From Ruminococcus sp. (GTDB lineage: Bacteria; Bacillota; Clostridia; Oscillospirales; Ruminococcaceae): DNA of 64,000 nt. Position 1 is the first letter of the stretch; the number at the start of each line of letters is the position of its first letter. The stretch spans positions 5,093 through 69,092 of the forward strand of contig JBJERF010000056.1 of the NCBI GenBank assembly GCA_051882115.1. The letters are read 5' to 3'. The notes beneath the pieces were generated by a model, which was given only the letters and a program-made list of their open reading frames with translations, made no database searches and was not told where the DNA came from. This document shows positions 29,781 through 40,732 of the stretch, piece by piece. The translations under genes and the position numbers were made by a program.

Positions 29781-29936
29781 GTGGGATTCCTCTCATAATA
29801 CTTATTTTTTCTTATTATACACACTTTTTTTTCAAAAATCAAGATAAAAATTTGAATAGCTATTGAAAATCTGCCGTGTTTTATGATATAATAAAGTATA
29901 CGTGCAAAATTCTGGAACGGAGCAGGAGGAATTCAA

Positions 29937-30452
29937 TTGCGGATATTAGGAATCGATCCCGGCTATGCAATTGTTGGATTCGGCATAGTCGATTACAGCG
30001 GTATGCATTTTACTCCGTTGGAGTATGGTGCGATTACGACGGAGGCAGGAACTGTTTTTGCCGATCGTCTGACGGCAATTTATGAGGATCTTGCATTTTT
30101 AATCGACCGCTGGAAGCCGGATTGTATCGCTTTGGAACGATTGTATTTTACATCCAATCAAAAAACGGTCATTGACGTAGCACAGGCACGGGGTGTGATC
30201 ATCCTCTGTGCTGCACAGCGAAAAATACCGCTGTATGAATATACGCCGCTTCAGGTGAAGATGGCAGTTGTGGGTTATGGCAGAGCAGAAAAAAAGCAGG
30301 TTATGGATCTGACACGGCGCATTTTGCATCTGGAGCAGATTCCAAAGCCGGATGATGCAGCAGATGCGCTGGCAATTGCGATTTGTCACGGCCATTCCGC
30401 AACGGGTCAGCGTTTGCAGGAAGCAGAAGGGAGGGCAACAAGAACGGTATGA
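29937..30452 (+). CDS. ruvC: Holliday junction resolvase
   Basis: ILGIDPG, DDAADALAIAICH; TTG start. Confidence 0.96.
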   Translation: MRILGIDPGYAIVGFGIVDYSGMHFTPLEYGAITTEAGTVFADRLTAIYEDLAFLIDRWKPDCIALERLYFTSNQKTVIDVAQARGVIILCAAQRKIPLYEYTPLQVKMAVVGYGRAEKKQVMDLTRRILHLEQIPKPDDAADALAIAICHGHSATGQRLQEAEGRATRTV

Positions 30453-31054
30453 TTTATAGTGTACATGGAAAACTGATTGCCAAGGATGGCACAGTGGCTG
30501 TTGTAGAATGCGGAGGCGTAGGCTATGCCTGCCGCACCACGCAGGTTACACTGTCGGAAATCGGCAGCGTAGGGGATGAGGTCATGCTGTATACCCATTT
30601 GTCCGTGCGTGAGGATGCAGTGGATTTGTTCGGCTTTTCAAGCCGTCAGGAGCTGCACTGTTTTCAGATGCTGACATCCGTTTCCGGTGTGGGACCGAAA
30701 GCGGCTCTTGCCATTTTGTCGGATTTGTCATCCGATCGATTTGCATTGGTGGTGGCATCCGGTGACAGCAAAACACTTACCAAAAGCAAAGGAATCGGTG
30801 CGAAGACAGCTCAGCGTATTGTGTTGGAGCTGAAAGATAAAATTGCAAAGGAAAATTCCGGTTCCGATTGGAGTGCATTGGCATCCAGCGCAGTTTATCA
30901 GGATGATTCTGCCTTGAGTGATGCGATTTCTGCTTTGATGGTGCTGGGCTATGCACAGGAGGAAATTATGCCGCTGCTGTCGCAGCTGGATAAAAATCTG
31001 TCCTCCGAGGAACTGATTAAGGAAACACTGCGGCGCATTGGCAGCCGCAGATGA
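30449..31054 (+). CDS. ruvA: Holliday junction branch-migration protein
   Basis: GGVGY, VSGVGPK, GIGAKTAQRIVLELK; ATG overlaps ruvC stop. Confidence 0.96.
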   Translation: MIYSVHGKLIAKDGTVAVVECGGVGYACRTTQVTLSEIGSVGDEVMLYTHLSVREDAVDLFGFSSRQELHCFQMLTSVSGVGPKAALAILSDLSSDRFALVVASGDSKTLTKSKGIGAKTAQRIVLELKDKIAKENSGSDWSALASSAVYQDDSALSDAISALMVLGYAQEEIMPLLSQLDKNLSSEELIKETLRRIGSRR

Positions 31055-31095
31055 TGGATTGTAAGGATTTTATGCTTTGATAGGGAGGTGACAGC

Positions 31096-32166
31096 ATGAT
31101 TGAAACCAGTGATATGTCTTTTGAGCAGCGCATGGTAACGCCGGAGTCCATGCCGGAGGATCGGGAAGCAGAAAGCTCCCTTCGTCCTCAGACGCTGCAT
31201 GAATATATTGGTCAGGACAAGGTCAAGGAAAATCTGGCGGTATACATTGAAGCCGCAAAACGCCGGGGCGATGTGCTGGATCATGTGCTGCTGTACGGCC
31301 CGCCCGGATTGGGCAAGACAACGCTTTCAGCAATTATTGCAAGAGAAATGGGTGTAAATTTCCGGGTAACAACCGGTCCGGCCATTGAAAAGCCCGGGGA
31401 TCTGGCGGCACTGCTGACCAATTTGCAAACAGGAGATGTGCTGTTTATTGATGAGATTCACCGGCTTTCCCGTGCAGTGGAAGAAATCCTGTATCCTGCA
31501 CTGGAGGATCACGCCATTGATATTATTATGGGAAAGGGACCGTCTGCCCGGTCGCTGCGTATTGACCTGAATCCCTTTACATTGGTGGGTGCAACGACCC
31601 GTGCCGGACAGCTTTCCAGCCCTTTGCGTGACCGATTTGGTGTGATTCAGCGTCTGGAGCTGTATACACCGGAGCAGCTGACAGATATTGTACGGCGCAG
31701 CAGTATGATTCTGGAAATTCCCTGCTCACTGGATGGTGCAATGGAAATTGCACGGCGTGCACGAGGAACGCCCCGTATTGCCAACCGGCTGCTGAAGCGT
31801 GTACGAGATTTTGCAGATGTTATGGGCAACGGTGAAATCACAAAAGATATTGCCATGATTGCGCTGGATCGTCTGGAAATCGATCAGCTGGGCTTGGACA
31901 GCAACGACCGGAGAATGCTGGATATGATTATTAAAGGCTATGGCGGCGGACCGGTGGGACTGGAAACCCTTGCCTCCGCTTTGGGGGAGGAGACCGTTAC
32001 GCTGGAGGATGTCTGTGAGCCCTATCTGATGCAGCTGGGATTTTTGTCCCGTACACCGAGAGGACGCTGTGCAACGGATCTGGCCTATGCGCATCTGGGC
32101 TATGCGGCACCCAATCGGAACGGGGGGGCACCGTCTGCTCCATCGGGACAGATGTCTTTACTGTAA
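31096..32166 (+). CDS. ruvB: Holliday junction helicase
   Basis: [27 protein letters not shown]. Confidence 0.97.
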   Translation: MIETSDMSFEQRMVTPESMPEDREAESSLRPQTLHEYIGQDKVKENLAVYIEAAKRRGDVLDHVLLYGPPGLGKTTLSAIIAREMGVNFRVTTGPAIEKPGDLAALLTNLQTGDVLFIDEIHRLSRAVEEILYPALEDHAIDIIMGKGPSARSLRIDLNPFTLVGATTRAGQLSSPLRDRFGVIQRLELYTPEQLTDIVRRSSMILEIPCSLDGAMEIARRARGTPRIANRLLKRVRDFADVMGNGEITKDIAMIALDRLEIDQLGLDSNDRRMLDMIIKGYGGGPVGLETLASALGEETVTLEDVCEPYLMQLGFLSRTPRGRCATDLAYAHLGYAAPNRNGGAPSAPSGQMSLL

Positions 32167-32234
32167 GTCTGAAAATTTTAATACTACAGCTATAAATGTG
32201 CAATTTTAAAAAATGTACAAATCCATGATATTTT

Positions 32235-32306
32235 GTAGGGGCGACCATTGGTCGCCCGATGTAAAAAATCATCCAATCCTTGCGGGCGAGCGATGCTCGC
32301 CCCTAC
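32235..32306. repeat. GTAG-type REP doublet (REPIN)
   Basis: GTAG-GGGCGACCATTGGTCGCCC-G and inverted GTAG-GGGCGAGCATCGCTCGCCC-G with a 24-bp spacer. Confidence 0.85.
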
Positions 32307-32407
32307 AGAATTTTCTTTTTCTTTGTATAGAATCATGAAATTCATGTTTATTCGCACATTTATAGTACTATAGAATACAAAAGAATACAAAGGAGTTTCA
32401 TAATACC

Positions 32408-33760
32408 ATGGGAAGATTGTTTGGAACAGACGGCGCAAGAGGCGTCGCCATTACAGAACTGACTTGCGAAAGAGCTATGCAGATCGGCCGTGCTGCGGCA
32501 CTGGTACTTACCAGGGAAACCGATAAGAAGCCATGTATTTTTATTGGCAAGGACACACGTATTTCATCCGATGTGCTGGAAGCTGCCCTGTGTGCCGGCA
32601 TCTGCTCAGTAGGTGCAGATGCTGTGCGGCTGGGGGTAGTGCCTACACCGGCAGTGGCTTATCTGGTACGGGCAAAAGGTGCTGATGCAGGCGTTATGAT
32701 TTCTGCTTCTCATAATAGTGTGGAGTTCAACGGCATTAAGCTGTTTGCTTCTACCGGCTATAAGCTGCCGGATGCAGTAGAAGAGGAAATTGAAGCACTG
32801 ATTCTGGATTGTCCGGAAAAAATGCAGCTGAAATCTCATACAGAAATCGGACGGATTACAGATTATACAGAGGCGAAGGATGATTATATCGACTATATTG
32901 CAAGCTGTATCCATACCAATCTGAATGGTACATATCTGGCACTGGATTGTGCAAACGGCAGCGCATCCGGAACAGCCCGGAAGCTGTTTGAAAAGCTGGG
33001 TGCACGGGTGGATCTGCTCAGTGCAGAACCGGACGGCACCAATATCAACGATCACTGCGGTTCTACCCACATGGAAAACCTCATGGCTTATGTGGCAGAA
33101 CACGGCTGTGATGCAGGTCTTGCCTTTGATGGGGATGCAGACCGTTGTCTTGCCGTAGATGAAAACGGCATACTGGTAGATGGTGATAAGCTGATTGCCA
33201 TTGCAGCAAGCTCCATGAAAGAAAATGGTACATTGAAGAAGAATACGGCGGTTGTTACCGTTATGACCAATCTGGGCTTTTTCCATTTTGCAAAAGAAGC
33301 AGGAATTGAAACGGCTGCAACCAAGGTGGGAGACCGTTATGTATTGGAGGAGATGCTGGATAAGGGCTATAATATCGGCGGTGAGCAGAGCGGTCATATT
33401 ATTTTTCTGGACCATGCAACAACAGGCGATGGTCAGCTGTCTGGTGCAAAGACGATTGAAACGCTGGTGAAATCCGGCAAGAAGATGAGTATGCTTGCTG
33501 GTATGATGGAAACATTTCCGCAGATGATGCTGAATGTACGGATTCATCCCCGGCACCGTGGGGTCTGGAGAGAGGATGCAGCGGTAAAGGCTGTCATGGA
33601 TTCCTATACGGAAAAGCTCGGTGAAAACGGCCGGATTCTGGTACGTGAAAGCGGAACAGAGCCGCTGATTCGTGTAATGGTTGAGGGCAAGGATGCTGCT
33701 CTGATGGAGGAGGCATGCAGAGCCATTACAGAGGAAATAGAAGCTTTTGTTCAGCGATAA
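32408..33760 (+). CDS. glmM: Phosphoglucosamine mutase
   Basis: LFGTDG, ISASHN, DGDADR, GGEQSGH, SGTEP. Confidence 0.95.
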   Translation: MGRLFGTDGARGVAITELTCERAMQIGRAAALVLTRETDKKPCIFIGKDTRISSDVLEAALCAGICSVGADAVRLGVVPTPAVAYLVRAKGADAGVMISASHNSVEFNGIKLFASTGYKLPDAVEEEIEALILDCPEKMQLKSHTEIGRITDYTEAKDDYIDYIASCIHTNLNGTYLALDCANGSASGTARKLFEKLGARVDLLSAEPDGTNINDHCGSTHMENLMAYVAEHGCDAGLAFDGDADRCLAVDENGILVDGDKLIAIAASSMKENGTLKKNTAVVTVMTNLGFFHFAKEAGIETAATKVGDRYVLEEMLDKGYNIGGEQSGHIIFLDHATTGDGQLSGAKTIETLVKSGKKMSMLAGMMETFPQMMLNVRIHPRHRGVWREDAAVKAVMDSYTEKLGENGRILVRESGTEPLIRVMVEGKDAALMEEACRAITEEIEAFVQR

Positions 33761-33783
33761 GAGATCATAAAGGAGCGAGTGTT

Positions 33784-34656
33784 TTGAGAGCAGCAGACCA
33801 GTGGAAAGCGTATCGGATAATCGATACATCTGAACAGGAAAAACTGGAAATATGGAACGGCGTTATTTTAATCCGACCGGATCCTCAGATTATATGGCAT
33901 ACCCCGAAAAATGCTCCTCAGTGGAATCATGCAGACGGGCATTACAGCCGTTCTTCCACGGGCGGCGGCAGCTGGCGTTTTACGAAGAAGCTGCCGGAAT
34001 CATGGCCGCTTCATTATGAGCCGCTGGATTTGACCTTCCGCATTCAGCCGACGGGTTTTAAGCATACGGGGCTTTTTCCGGAGCAGGCAGTAAACTGGGA
34101 TTTTGCCGCCGAAAAAATCCGAAATGCAGGCAGACCGATTTCCGTGCTAAATCTGTTTGCCTACACAGGGGGAGCCACGCTTGCCTGTGCACAGGCAGGA
34201 GCAACGGTCTGCCATGTGGATGCATCCAAGGGTATGGTACAGTGGGCAAGGGAAAATGCTGCACTGTCGGGTATGACAGAAAAGCCCATTCGCTGGATTG
34301 TGGATGACTGTGAAAAGTTTGTTGCCCGTGAAATTCGCCGCGGCAGAAAATATGATGCGATTATTATGGATCCGCCCAGCTATGGCAGAGGGCCGGGGGG
34401 CGAGGTCTGGAAGCTGGAAGACTGCATTTATGATCTGGTGAAGCTGTGTGCCGGGGTACTCAGTGATGAGCCGCTGTTTTTCCTGATTAACAGCTATACC
34501 ACAGGTCTTTCGCCTTCTGTAATGGGTTACATTCTGGGCAGCGTTGTACAGAAGCAGTTCGGCGGCCATGTATCCTTTGATGAAATCGGACTTCCGGTGG
34601 AGCAAAGCGGTATGATTCTGCCCTGCGGCAATACGGCAATCTGGCAAAGTGCATAA
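33784..34656 (+). CDS. Class I SAM-dependent methyltransferase (RlmI/K-related)
   Basis: KHTGLFPEQ, LNLFAYTGG, DPPSY; TTG start behind AAGGAG. Confidence 0.85.
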   Translation: MRAADQWKAYRIIDTSEQEKLEIWNGVILIRPDPQIIWHTPKNAPQWNHADGHYSRSSTGGGSWRFTKKLPESWPLHYEPLDLTFRIQPTGFKHTGLFPEQAVNWDFAAEKIRNAGRPISVLNLFAYTGGATLACAQAGATVCHVDASKGMVQWARENAALSGMTEKPIRWIVDDCEKFVAREIRRGRKYDAIIMDPPSYGRGPGGEVWKLEDCIYDLVKLCAGVLSDEPLFFLINSYTTGLSPSVMGYILGSVVQKQFGGHVSFDEIGLPVEQSGMILPCGNTAIWQSA

Positions 34657-34679
34657 CGAAAGGAATTAGAATCAATTCT

Positions 34680-35528
34680 ATGAATATTCAGATTCAGGCA
34701 GACCATGTCTGGTTTCATTATACGGATGAAGAGGGAAACAGAACCTCTGATGATGTTCTGAAGGATGTTTCTCTTGGCATTGAAAAAGGCTCTTTTACAG
34801 CCATTCTGGGGCATAACGGTTCAGGGAAATCCACGCTGGCACGTCTGATGAATGCCATCTTAGTACCGGTTTCCGGCAGCGTGCAGGTAGAGGGGATCGA
34901 CACAAAGGACGAGCAGCAGATTTATGAAATCCGCCGTCATGTGGGTATGGTATTTCAGAATCCGGATAACCAGATTGTTGCCACCATCGTTGAGGAGGAT
35001 GTGGCATTTGGCCCCGAAAATCTGGGAATTGACCCGAAAGAAATCCGCCGTCGTGTGGACGATGCCCTGCATGCAGTGGATATGTATGAATACCGGCTTC
35101 ATGCACCGTCTCAGCTGTCCGGCGGTCAGAAGCAGCGGGTTGCCATTGCAGGCATTATTGCCATGCGTCCGGACTGTATTATTCTGGATGAGCCAACGGC
35201 GATGCTGGATCCGAAGGGCAGAAAAGAAGTAATGAAGACCATTCGTATGCTCAATCAGGAATACGGCATAACCGTGGTTCTGATTACACATTATATGGAT
35301 GAAGCGGTACAGGCTGAACGTGTCATCGTGATGGATGATGGAAAAATTATCATGGATGACACGCCCCAGGCGGTCTTTACCAAGCCCAAGCAGCTTCAGG
35401 CAGTGGGTCTGGATGTTCCGCAGGCAGTAGAACTGCTGCAAAATCTTGCAGATTCCGGACTGCCGGTTGCTGTAGATGCGATGGATGAGGCATCCTGTGT
35501 GGATGCAATTATGAATTTGTTTGCGTAA
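34680..35528 (+). CDS. ecfA1: ECF transporter ATPase A1
   Basis: GHNGSGKST, FQNPDNQ, LSGGQKQR. Confidence 0.92.
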   Translation: MNIQIQADHVWFHYTDEEGNRTSDDVLKDVSLGIEKGSFTAILGHNGSGKSTLARLMNAILVPVSGSVQVEGIDTKDEQQIYEIRRHVGMVFQNPDNQIVATIVEEDVAFGPENLGIDPKEIRRRVDDALHAVDMYEYRLHAPSQLSGGQKQRVAIAGIIAMRPDCIILDEPTAMLDPKGRKEVMKTIRMLNQEYGITVVLITHYMDEAVQAERVIVMDDGKIIMDDTPQAVFTKPKQLQAVGLDVPQAVELLQNLADSGLPVAVDAMDEASCVDAIMNLFA

Positions 35529-35543
35529 ATGAGGGAGAGTGCT

Positions 35544-36419
35544 GTGGCAATATTACGTACAGAGGAACTGACTTATCAATATAGTGCGGGGACACCGTTT
35601 GAAAAAACGGCTGTGGATCATGTGAATCTGGAGATTGAAGCAGGTGCATTTGTGGGGGTGATTGGTTCCACCGGATCGGGAAAATCAACGCTCATGCAGC
35701 ATTTTAACGGATTGCTGCGGCCCACATCCGGAACGGTTTATCTGGATGGAACGGATATCTGGGCGGATAAGACAAAAATCCGTGAGGTTCGCTTTCAGGT
35801 GGGACTTGTATTTCAGTATCCGGAATATCAGCTGTTTGAAGAAACGGTTTATCGGGATATTGCATACGGTCCCAAAAATATGGGGTTGACAGAAAGTGAA
35901 ATCAAGACTCGTGTTCTGGAAACGGCGGAGCTTGTAGGGCTTACGGAGGAGCTTCTGGCACAGTCCCCCTTTGCCTTGTCCGGCGGACAAAAGCGCAGAG
36001 TTGCCATTGCAGGTGTCATGGCATTGCGACCCCGTGTTCTGATTCTGGACGAACCCACAGCCGGACTGGATCCCATGGGACGGGAGGACATTCTGGGAGA
36101 AATTCGTGCTTATCACAAGGCAACCGGCAGCACTGTGCTGCTGGTTTCTCACAGCATGGAGGATGTGGCAAAATGTGCGGAGAAAATTCTTGTAATGAAT
36201 CATGGAACGGTATTTTGCTATGAAGAAACAGCCGCTGTGTTCCGGCGGGCAGAGCAGCTGGAGGCGTTGGGCTTGTCTGTGCCGCAGGTGACACGGATCT
36301 GCACAGAACTGCGCAAAAGAGGTATTCCTCTGTCGGATGATATTTATACCGTGCAGCAGGCTGTTGGTCAGATTGCTGCCTGCTATCAGGCGAAAAAGGG
36401 AGGTGCTGTCATATGCTGA
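35544..36419 (+). CDS. ecfA2: ECF transporter ATPase A2
   Basis: AGTPFEK, FQYPEYQLFEE, LSGGQKRR. Confidence 0.92.
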   Translation: MAILRTEELTYQYSAGTPFEKTAVDHVNLEIEAGAFVGVIGSTGSGKSTLMQHFNGLLRPTSGTVYLDGTDIWADKTKIREVRFQVGLVFQYPEYQLFEETVYRDIAYGPKNMGLTESEIKTRVLETAELVGLTEELLAQSPFALSGGQKRRVAIAGVMALRPRVLILDEPTAGLDPMGREDILGEIRAYHKATGSTVLLVSHSMEDVAKCAEKILVMNHGTVFCYEETAAVFRRAEQLEALGLSVPQVTRICTELRKRGIPLSDDIYTVQQAVGQIAACYQAKKGGAVIC

Positions 36420-37216
36420 AGGATATTACCATTGGCCAGTATTTTCCGGGTGACAGTCTGCTGCATCGTCTGGATGCACGGTTCAAAATTGTCATGACGC
36501 TTTTGTACATCATTATGCTGTTTATGGGTAATGCACTATACTCCCTTTCTTTTGGGATGGTATACTGCATAACAGCACTGATTCTTTCGGGATTGCCGCT
36601 GAAGCTGTTCTGGAAAAGTCTGAAGCCATTGATTCCGATTCTGATGATTACGGCTGTTCTGGATCTTCTGTTTATGACAGATGGTACGGTTTATTTTCAG
36701 GTGGGCTTCTTAAAAATAACGGAGGATGGTGTTTTTACCGCCGTGCGTATGGTGGTGCGGATTATTTTCCTGATTATTGGTTCATCGCTTCTGACCTATA
36801 CGACCTCACCGATTCAGCTGACCGATGCCATTGAACGGCTGCTGTCCCCCTTGAAGAAGCTGCATTTTCCGGTGCATGCTTTTGCCATGATGATGACCAT
36901 TGCTCTGCGGTTTATTCCCACATTGATGGAGGAAACAGATAAGATTCTTGCCGCACAGAAGGCAAGAGGCGCAAGTTTTGATACAGGGAAGCTGAAGGAT
37001 AAGGCAAAAGCCTTGGTTCCGGTGCTGATTCCGCTTTTTGTATCTGCATTTCGCCGTGCGGAGGAGCTTGCAACAGCTATGGAATGCCGATGCTACCGGG
37101 GAGATGTGGGACGCACCAAAATGAAGCAGATGCATGCCGCTGTACGGGATTGGCTGGCATTGAGCGTGACCCTTGTGATGCTGGGCGGTGCAATTGCCGT
37201 GTGCATTTTATTTTGA
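36413..37216 (+). CDS. ecfT: ECF transporter T component
   Basis: IGQYFPGDS, ALRFIPTL, ARG and CRCY coupling motifs. Confidence 0.93.
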   Translation: MLKDITIGQYFPGDSLLHRLDARFKIVMTLLYIIMLFMGNALYSLSFGMVYCITALILSGLPLKLFWKSLKPLIPILMITAVLDLLFMTDGTVYFQVGFLKITEDGVFTAVRMVVRIIFLIIGSSLLTYTTSPIQLTDAIERLLSPLKKLHFPVHAFAMMMTIALRFIPTLMEETDKILAAQKARGASFDTGKLKDKAKALVPVLIPLFVSAFRRAEELATAMECRCYRGDVGRTKMKQMHAAVRDWLALSVTLVMLGGAIAVCILF

Positions 37217-37230
37217 CAGGAGAGGTGCAA

Positions 37231-39942
37231 ATGAATTCTGAAATCATGACAGGTTCTGCTGCTGTACCGGATCCTGAATCGGCTGCCATGAAAACTCAAT
37301 TGTGTAAAAAAAAGGCAGATACAAAAATTTATCTGCTTTTGTCTTTTTTTGTACCGTGTATACTGGTAGGCATCGGCTGGATGCTTCTGGGTGTGCATCC
37401 CTTCGGAGAGGGTCAGATTCTTGTAACGGACTTCTGGCATCAGTATTATCCCTTTGCCAATATTCTTCATGAAAAGCTGCAAAGCTTTTCCTCGCTGTTC
37501 TATACATGGGATTCGGGCATGGGTTCCAACTTTCTTGCCATGATGGCATACTACGCAGCCAGTCCGCTGAATCTGCTGACAATCTTTGTACCGGATGCCT
37601 TTTTGCGGGAAGCCATTACATGTATTCTGCTGATAAAAATCGGCTGTGCCGGATTTTTTATGGCGTTATTTTTAAAGGGCACTTTCCGGCGGAATGATGT
37701 ATCTCTTTGCTGCTTTTCGCTTTTGTATGCCCTTTGCAGCTATATTATGGGCTATTACTGGAATACCATCTGGATAGATACGGTGGCACTTCTGCCGCTG
37801 GTTATGCTGGGTGCAGTACAGCTGGTGCGTCATCGGAAATGTGCGCTGTATGCAATAGCACTGGCAGCAGCACTGATTTCCAATTACTATATTGGTTTGT
37901 TTATCTGTATTTTTACGGTTCCTGCGTTTTTTTGTATCTGTCTGTTTGAGGGGACAAGACCGGTTTATTTTCTGAAAAGCGGTCTTATGATGCTGGGCAG
38001 TACGGCAGTGGGCTTAGGACTGAGCGCATGTATGCTGCTGCCTGCTTATTTTGCTCTCCAGCTGACCAACAGTGCAGAGAATACCTTTCCGACTGTGGTG
38101 AGCTTCTATGAAAAATGGATTGATTTATTTGCCAATATGACGGCTTTCCGGACACCGACTGTCAAAGAAGGTCTGCCGAATCTGTACTGCGGCATTCTTT
38201 GTATTGTTTTGTCTGGTGTGTTTCTGCGTTCCCGTTCTGTACGGATTCGTGAGAAGGTAACAGCTGTGCTGATACTGGGCTTTCTGCTGTTGAGCTGTAA
38301 TATGAATATGCTGAATTTCATCTGGCATGGTTTTCATTTTACCAATATGCTGCCGTACAGATTTTCCTTTTTATTTTCATTTGTGCTGATTTTGTTGGCG
38401 TATCGTGCATTTATTCTTGTGCTGGAACGGAAAATCAGGCTTCTGGACTGTATTGCCATGGCTGTTATGGCAGCAGGTTTTTTTGTGATCACATGGTTTT
38501 CAGAGAAAAATTCTGATGAAGTCATTGCTATGTGGATGAGTCTGGCAATGTCTGTATTTTATGTGGCGGTTTTGTTTTTGTATGAACGCCGGATCCTTCG
38601 TGCATCGGTCATGTGTTTTCTGATATCCATGGGTTTGCTGTTTGAAATGTTTCAGCATGTGCGCATCAGTACCCGTGCGGTGGGCACATCCGATTATAGC
38701 AGCTATCCTTCAAAAAATGCAGAAATACAGCAGCTTCTGGAGGAAATTCGTGCCGAGGATGATGCACTTTTTTATCGGACAGAAATTGCATCGTGGTATA
38801 CGCTCAATGACCCGGCACTGTATTCCTATCATGGCGTTTCTCAGTTTTCATCCATGGCGAACAAAAATGTAACGACCTTTCTGCGGACATTGGGATTGCC
38901 CGGCTCGGAGGCGGGCAACCGGTATTATTATGCCCTCACATCGCCGCTGACCCATATGTTCACCGGTATCAAGTATATCCTTTCACGCAGCGGTGATGTG
39001 ATGGATACAGCAACGCTTACAGAAGCAGGCTCAGCCGGCACTGTAAAAATTTATGAAAATCAGTATGACCTGCCCATTGGGTTTATGGTTGACGAGGAAA
39101 TCCTTTTCTATGATGGTCAGCAGTATGCCAATCCCTTTGAAGCACAGAATGCCCTGTTTTCCAAGGCAACAGGCGTGGATGAACCGCTGTTTACACCGAT
39201 TGATGTCACGCATACCAGACATTCCGGAATGGCAGAGGAAAACGGTGTTTATCGCAGCGGCTATGGCACCTATACATTCCGCACGGATGAAACAGCGGAT
39301 GCTCATACGTTTCAGTTTAATTTTATTCCGGAGGAAGACTCGGTGCTGTATGCCTATTTCTGGGCAGATGGTGTCAGCTGTGTGAATATCCTACAGGATC
39401 AGAAGACATTTGGTTCGTACAATGTAACACGTCAGCAAGGCTTTATTGCACCCATTGGTACCTGTAAAGCCGGTGTGAAAGCTTCTGTGCGTGCGGATAT
39501 CACGGATGAAACCATCACACACGGTTCATTGCGTTTATATGTCTATGTACTGAATACAGAGCTTCTGGATCAGGCATATGAGCAGCTTCAGGCGGGCAGC
39601 ATTCAGCTGGAAACATTTTCTGACACATCTTTATCCGGTACAGTCCATGCACAGCAGGACGGACTTTGTTATTTTTCCATTCCGCAGGAAAAGGGCTGGC
39701 ATGCCTTTGTGGATGGAAAAGAAGTGCAGACAGAAACAGTGGGCGGTGCGATGCTGGCTGTTCCTGTTTCTGAAGGCACGCATACAGTGGAGCTGCACTA
39801 CCAGCCTGAGGGCTTTGCAGTGGGAATGATACTGACCGGCATTTCATCTGCTGTATGGATTGGAATGTTTGTTTTAGAAAAGCGAAGAACAAAAGCGGAT
39901 GCTTCCGCAAAGGAAATTCATGCAAAGAAGGTGAAGGAATGA
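37231..39942 (+). CDS. YfhO-family GT-C membrane glycosyltransferase
   Basis: DFWHQYYPF, GMGSNF, YRFSFLFSF, SIPQEKGWHAFVDGK; many TMs. Confidence 0.88.
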   Translation: MNSEIMTGSAAVPDPESAAMKTQLCKKKADTKIYLLLSFFVPCILVGIGWMLLGVHPFGEGQILVTDFWHQYYPFANILHEKLQSFSSLFYTWDSGMGSNFLAMMAYYAASPLNLLTIFVPDAFLREAITCILLIKIGCAGFFMALFLKGTFRRNDVSLCCFSLLYALCSYIMGYYWNTIWIDTVALLPLVMLGAVQLVRHRKCALYAIALAAALISNYYIGLFICIFTVPAFFCICLFEGTRPVYFLKSGLMMLGSTAVGLGLSACMLLPAYFALQLTNSAENTFPTVVSFYEKWIDLFANMTAFRTPTVKEGLPNLYCGILCIVLSGVFLRSRSVRIREKVTAVLILGFLLLSCNMNMLNFIWHGFHFTNMLPYRFSFLFSFVLILLAYRAFILVLERKIRLLDCIAMAVMAAGFFVITWFSEKNSDEVIAMWMSLAMSVFYVAVLFLYERRILRASVMCFLISMGLLFEMFQHVRISTRAVGTSDYSSYPSKNAEIQQLLEEIRAEDDALFYRTEIASWYTLNDPALYSYHGVSQFSSMANKNVTTFLRTLGLPGSEAGNRYYYALTSPLTHMFTGIKYILSRSGDVMDTATLTEAGSAGTVKIYENQYDLPIGFMVDEEILFYDGQQYANPFEAQNALFSKATGVDEPLFTPIDVTHTRHSGMAEENGVYRSGYGTYTFRTDETADAHTFQFNFIPEEDSVLYAYFWADGVSCVNILQDQKTFGSYNVTRQQGFIAPIGTCKAGVKASVRADITDETITHGSLRLYVYVLNTELLDQAYEQLQAGSIQLETFSDTSLSGTVHAQQDGLCYFSIPQEKGWHAFVDGKEVQTETVGGAMLAVPVSEGTHTVELHYQPEGFAVGMILTGISSAVWIGMFVLEKRRTKADASAKEIHAKKVKE

Positions 39943-40688
39943 GAAATTTAAAAGCAATCATGGCATTTCGAGGAACGAATTATCACGGATACCAACGGCA
40001 AAAGAATGCCCTTACTGTGCAGGAGGTTGTAGAAGGTGCAGTCTCTAAGATTCTGAATACGCCCACAACGATTTACGGCTGTTCACGGACGGATACCGGC
40101 GTTCATGCAGAAAAGTTCTGCTTTACGTTTCAGACAGAAAATGCCATTCCTCTGCGGAATTTTGTACGCGGCATCAATGGCTATCTGCCGGATGATATTT
40201 CCGTTTTGAGCTGTGAGGAGGTACCGGAGGATTTTCATGCAAGATTCAGCTGTAAAGGAAAAACGTATCTGTACCGCATTCATAACAGTGAGTCGAAAAA
40301 TCCGTTTTTGACCGATCAGGCCCTTCATTATCGCCGCCCACTGAACCTTTCCTTGATTCAGGAGGCTGCATCCTTCTTTGTAGGCACCCACGACTTTGGA
40401 AGCTTTTGTGCAGATTGCTCAAAAAAGAAAGATACAATACGAACAATTTATCAGTTTCAAATAGAAATGCAAGGAAATGATGTGCGCATACTTGTAAAAG
40501 GCGACGGTTTCCTGTATAATATGGTTAGGATTTTAGTGGGGACACTGCTGGATGTAAATGAAGGGCGTATTGCCGTGTCGGATTTGCAGCGAATTATGGA
40601 TGCCAGAGACCGGACGCTTGCAGGAAGAACCGCTTTACCCCATGGTTTGTATCTCCATGAGGTGTACTATGATGATATACAAATCTGA
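39939..40688 (+). CDS. truA: tRNA pseudouridine(38-40) synthase
   Basis: SRTDTGVHA, FHARF, GFLYNMVR. Confidence 0.95.
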   Translation: MRNLKAIMAFRGTNYHGYQRQKNALTVQEVVEGAVSKILNTPTTIYGCSRTDTGVHAEKFCFTFQTENAIPLRNFVRGINGYLPDDISVLSCEEVPEDFHARFSCKGKTYLYRIHNSESKNPFLTDQALHYRRPLNLSLIQEAASFFVGTHDFGSFCADCSKKKDTIRTIYQFQIEMQGNDVRILVKGDGFLYNMVRILVGTLLDVNEGRIAVSDLQRIMDARDRTLAGRTALPHGLYLHEVYYDDIQI

Positions 40689-40732
40689 TACCGGAAAGGA
40701 GCGAGCATTCTTTAAGCGGAGTGCGGGGCAGA

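Noticed and set aside
32606-33829. 407-aa minus-strand ORF opposite glmM, and similar long antisense ORFs over pnp, apgM, the Clp ATPase and the DHHW gene
   Set aside because: Expected shadows of biased codon usage; no protein motifs
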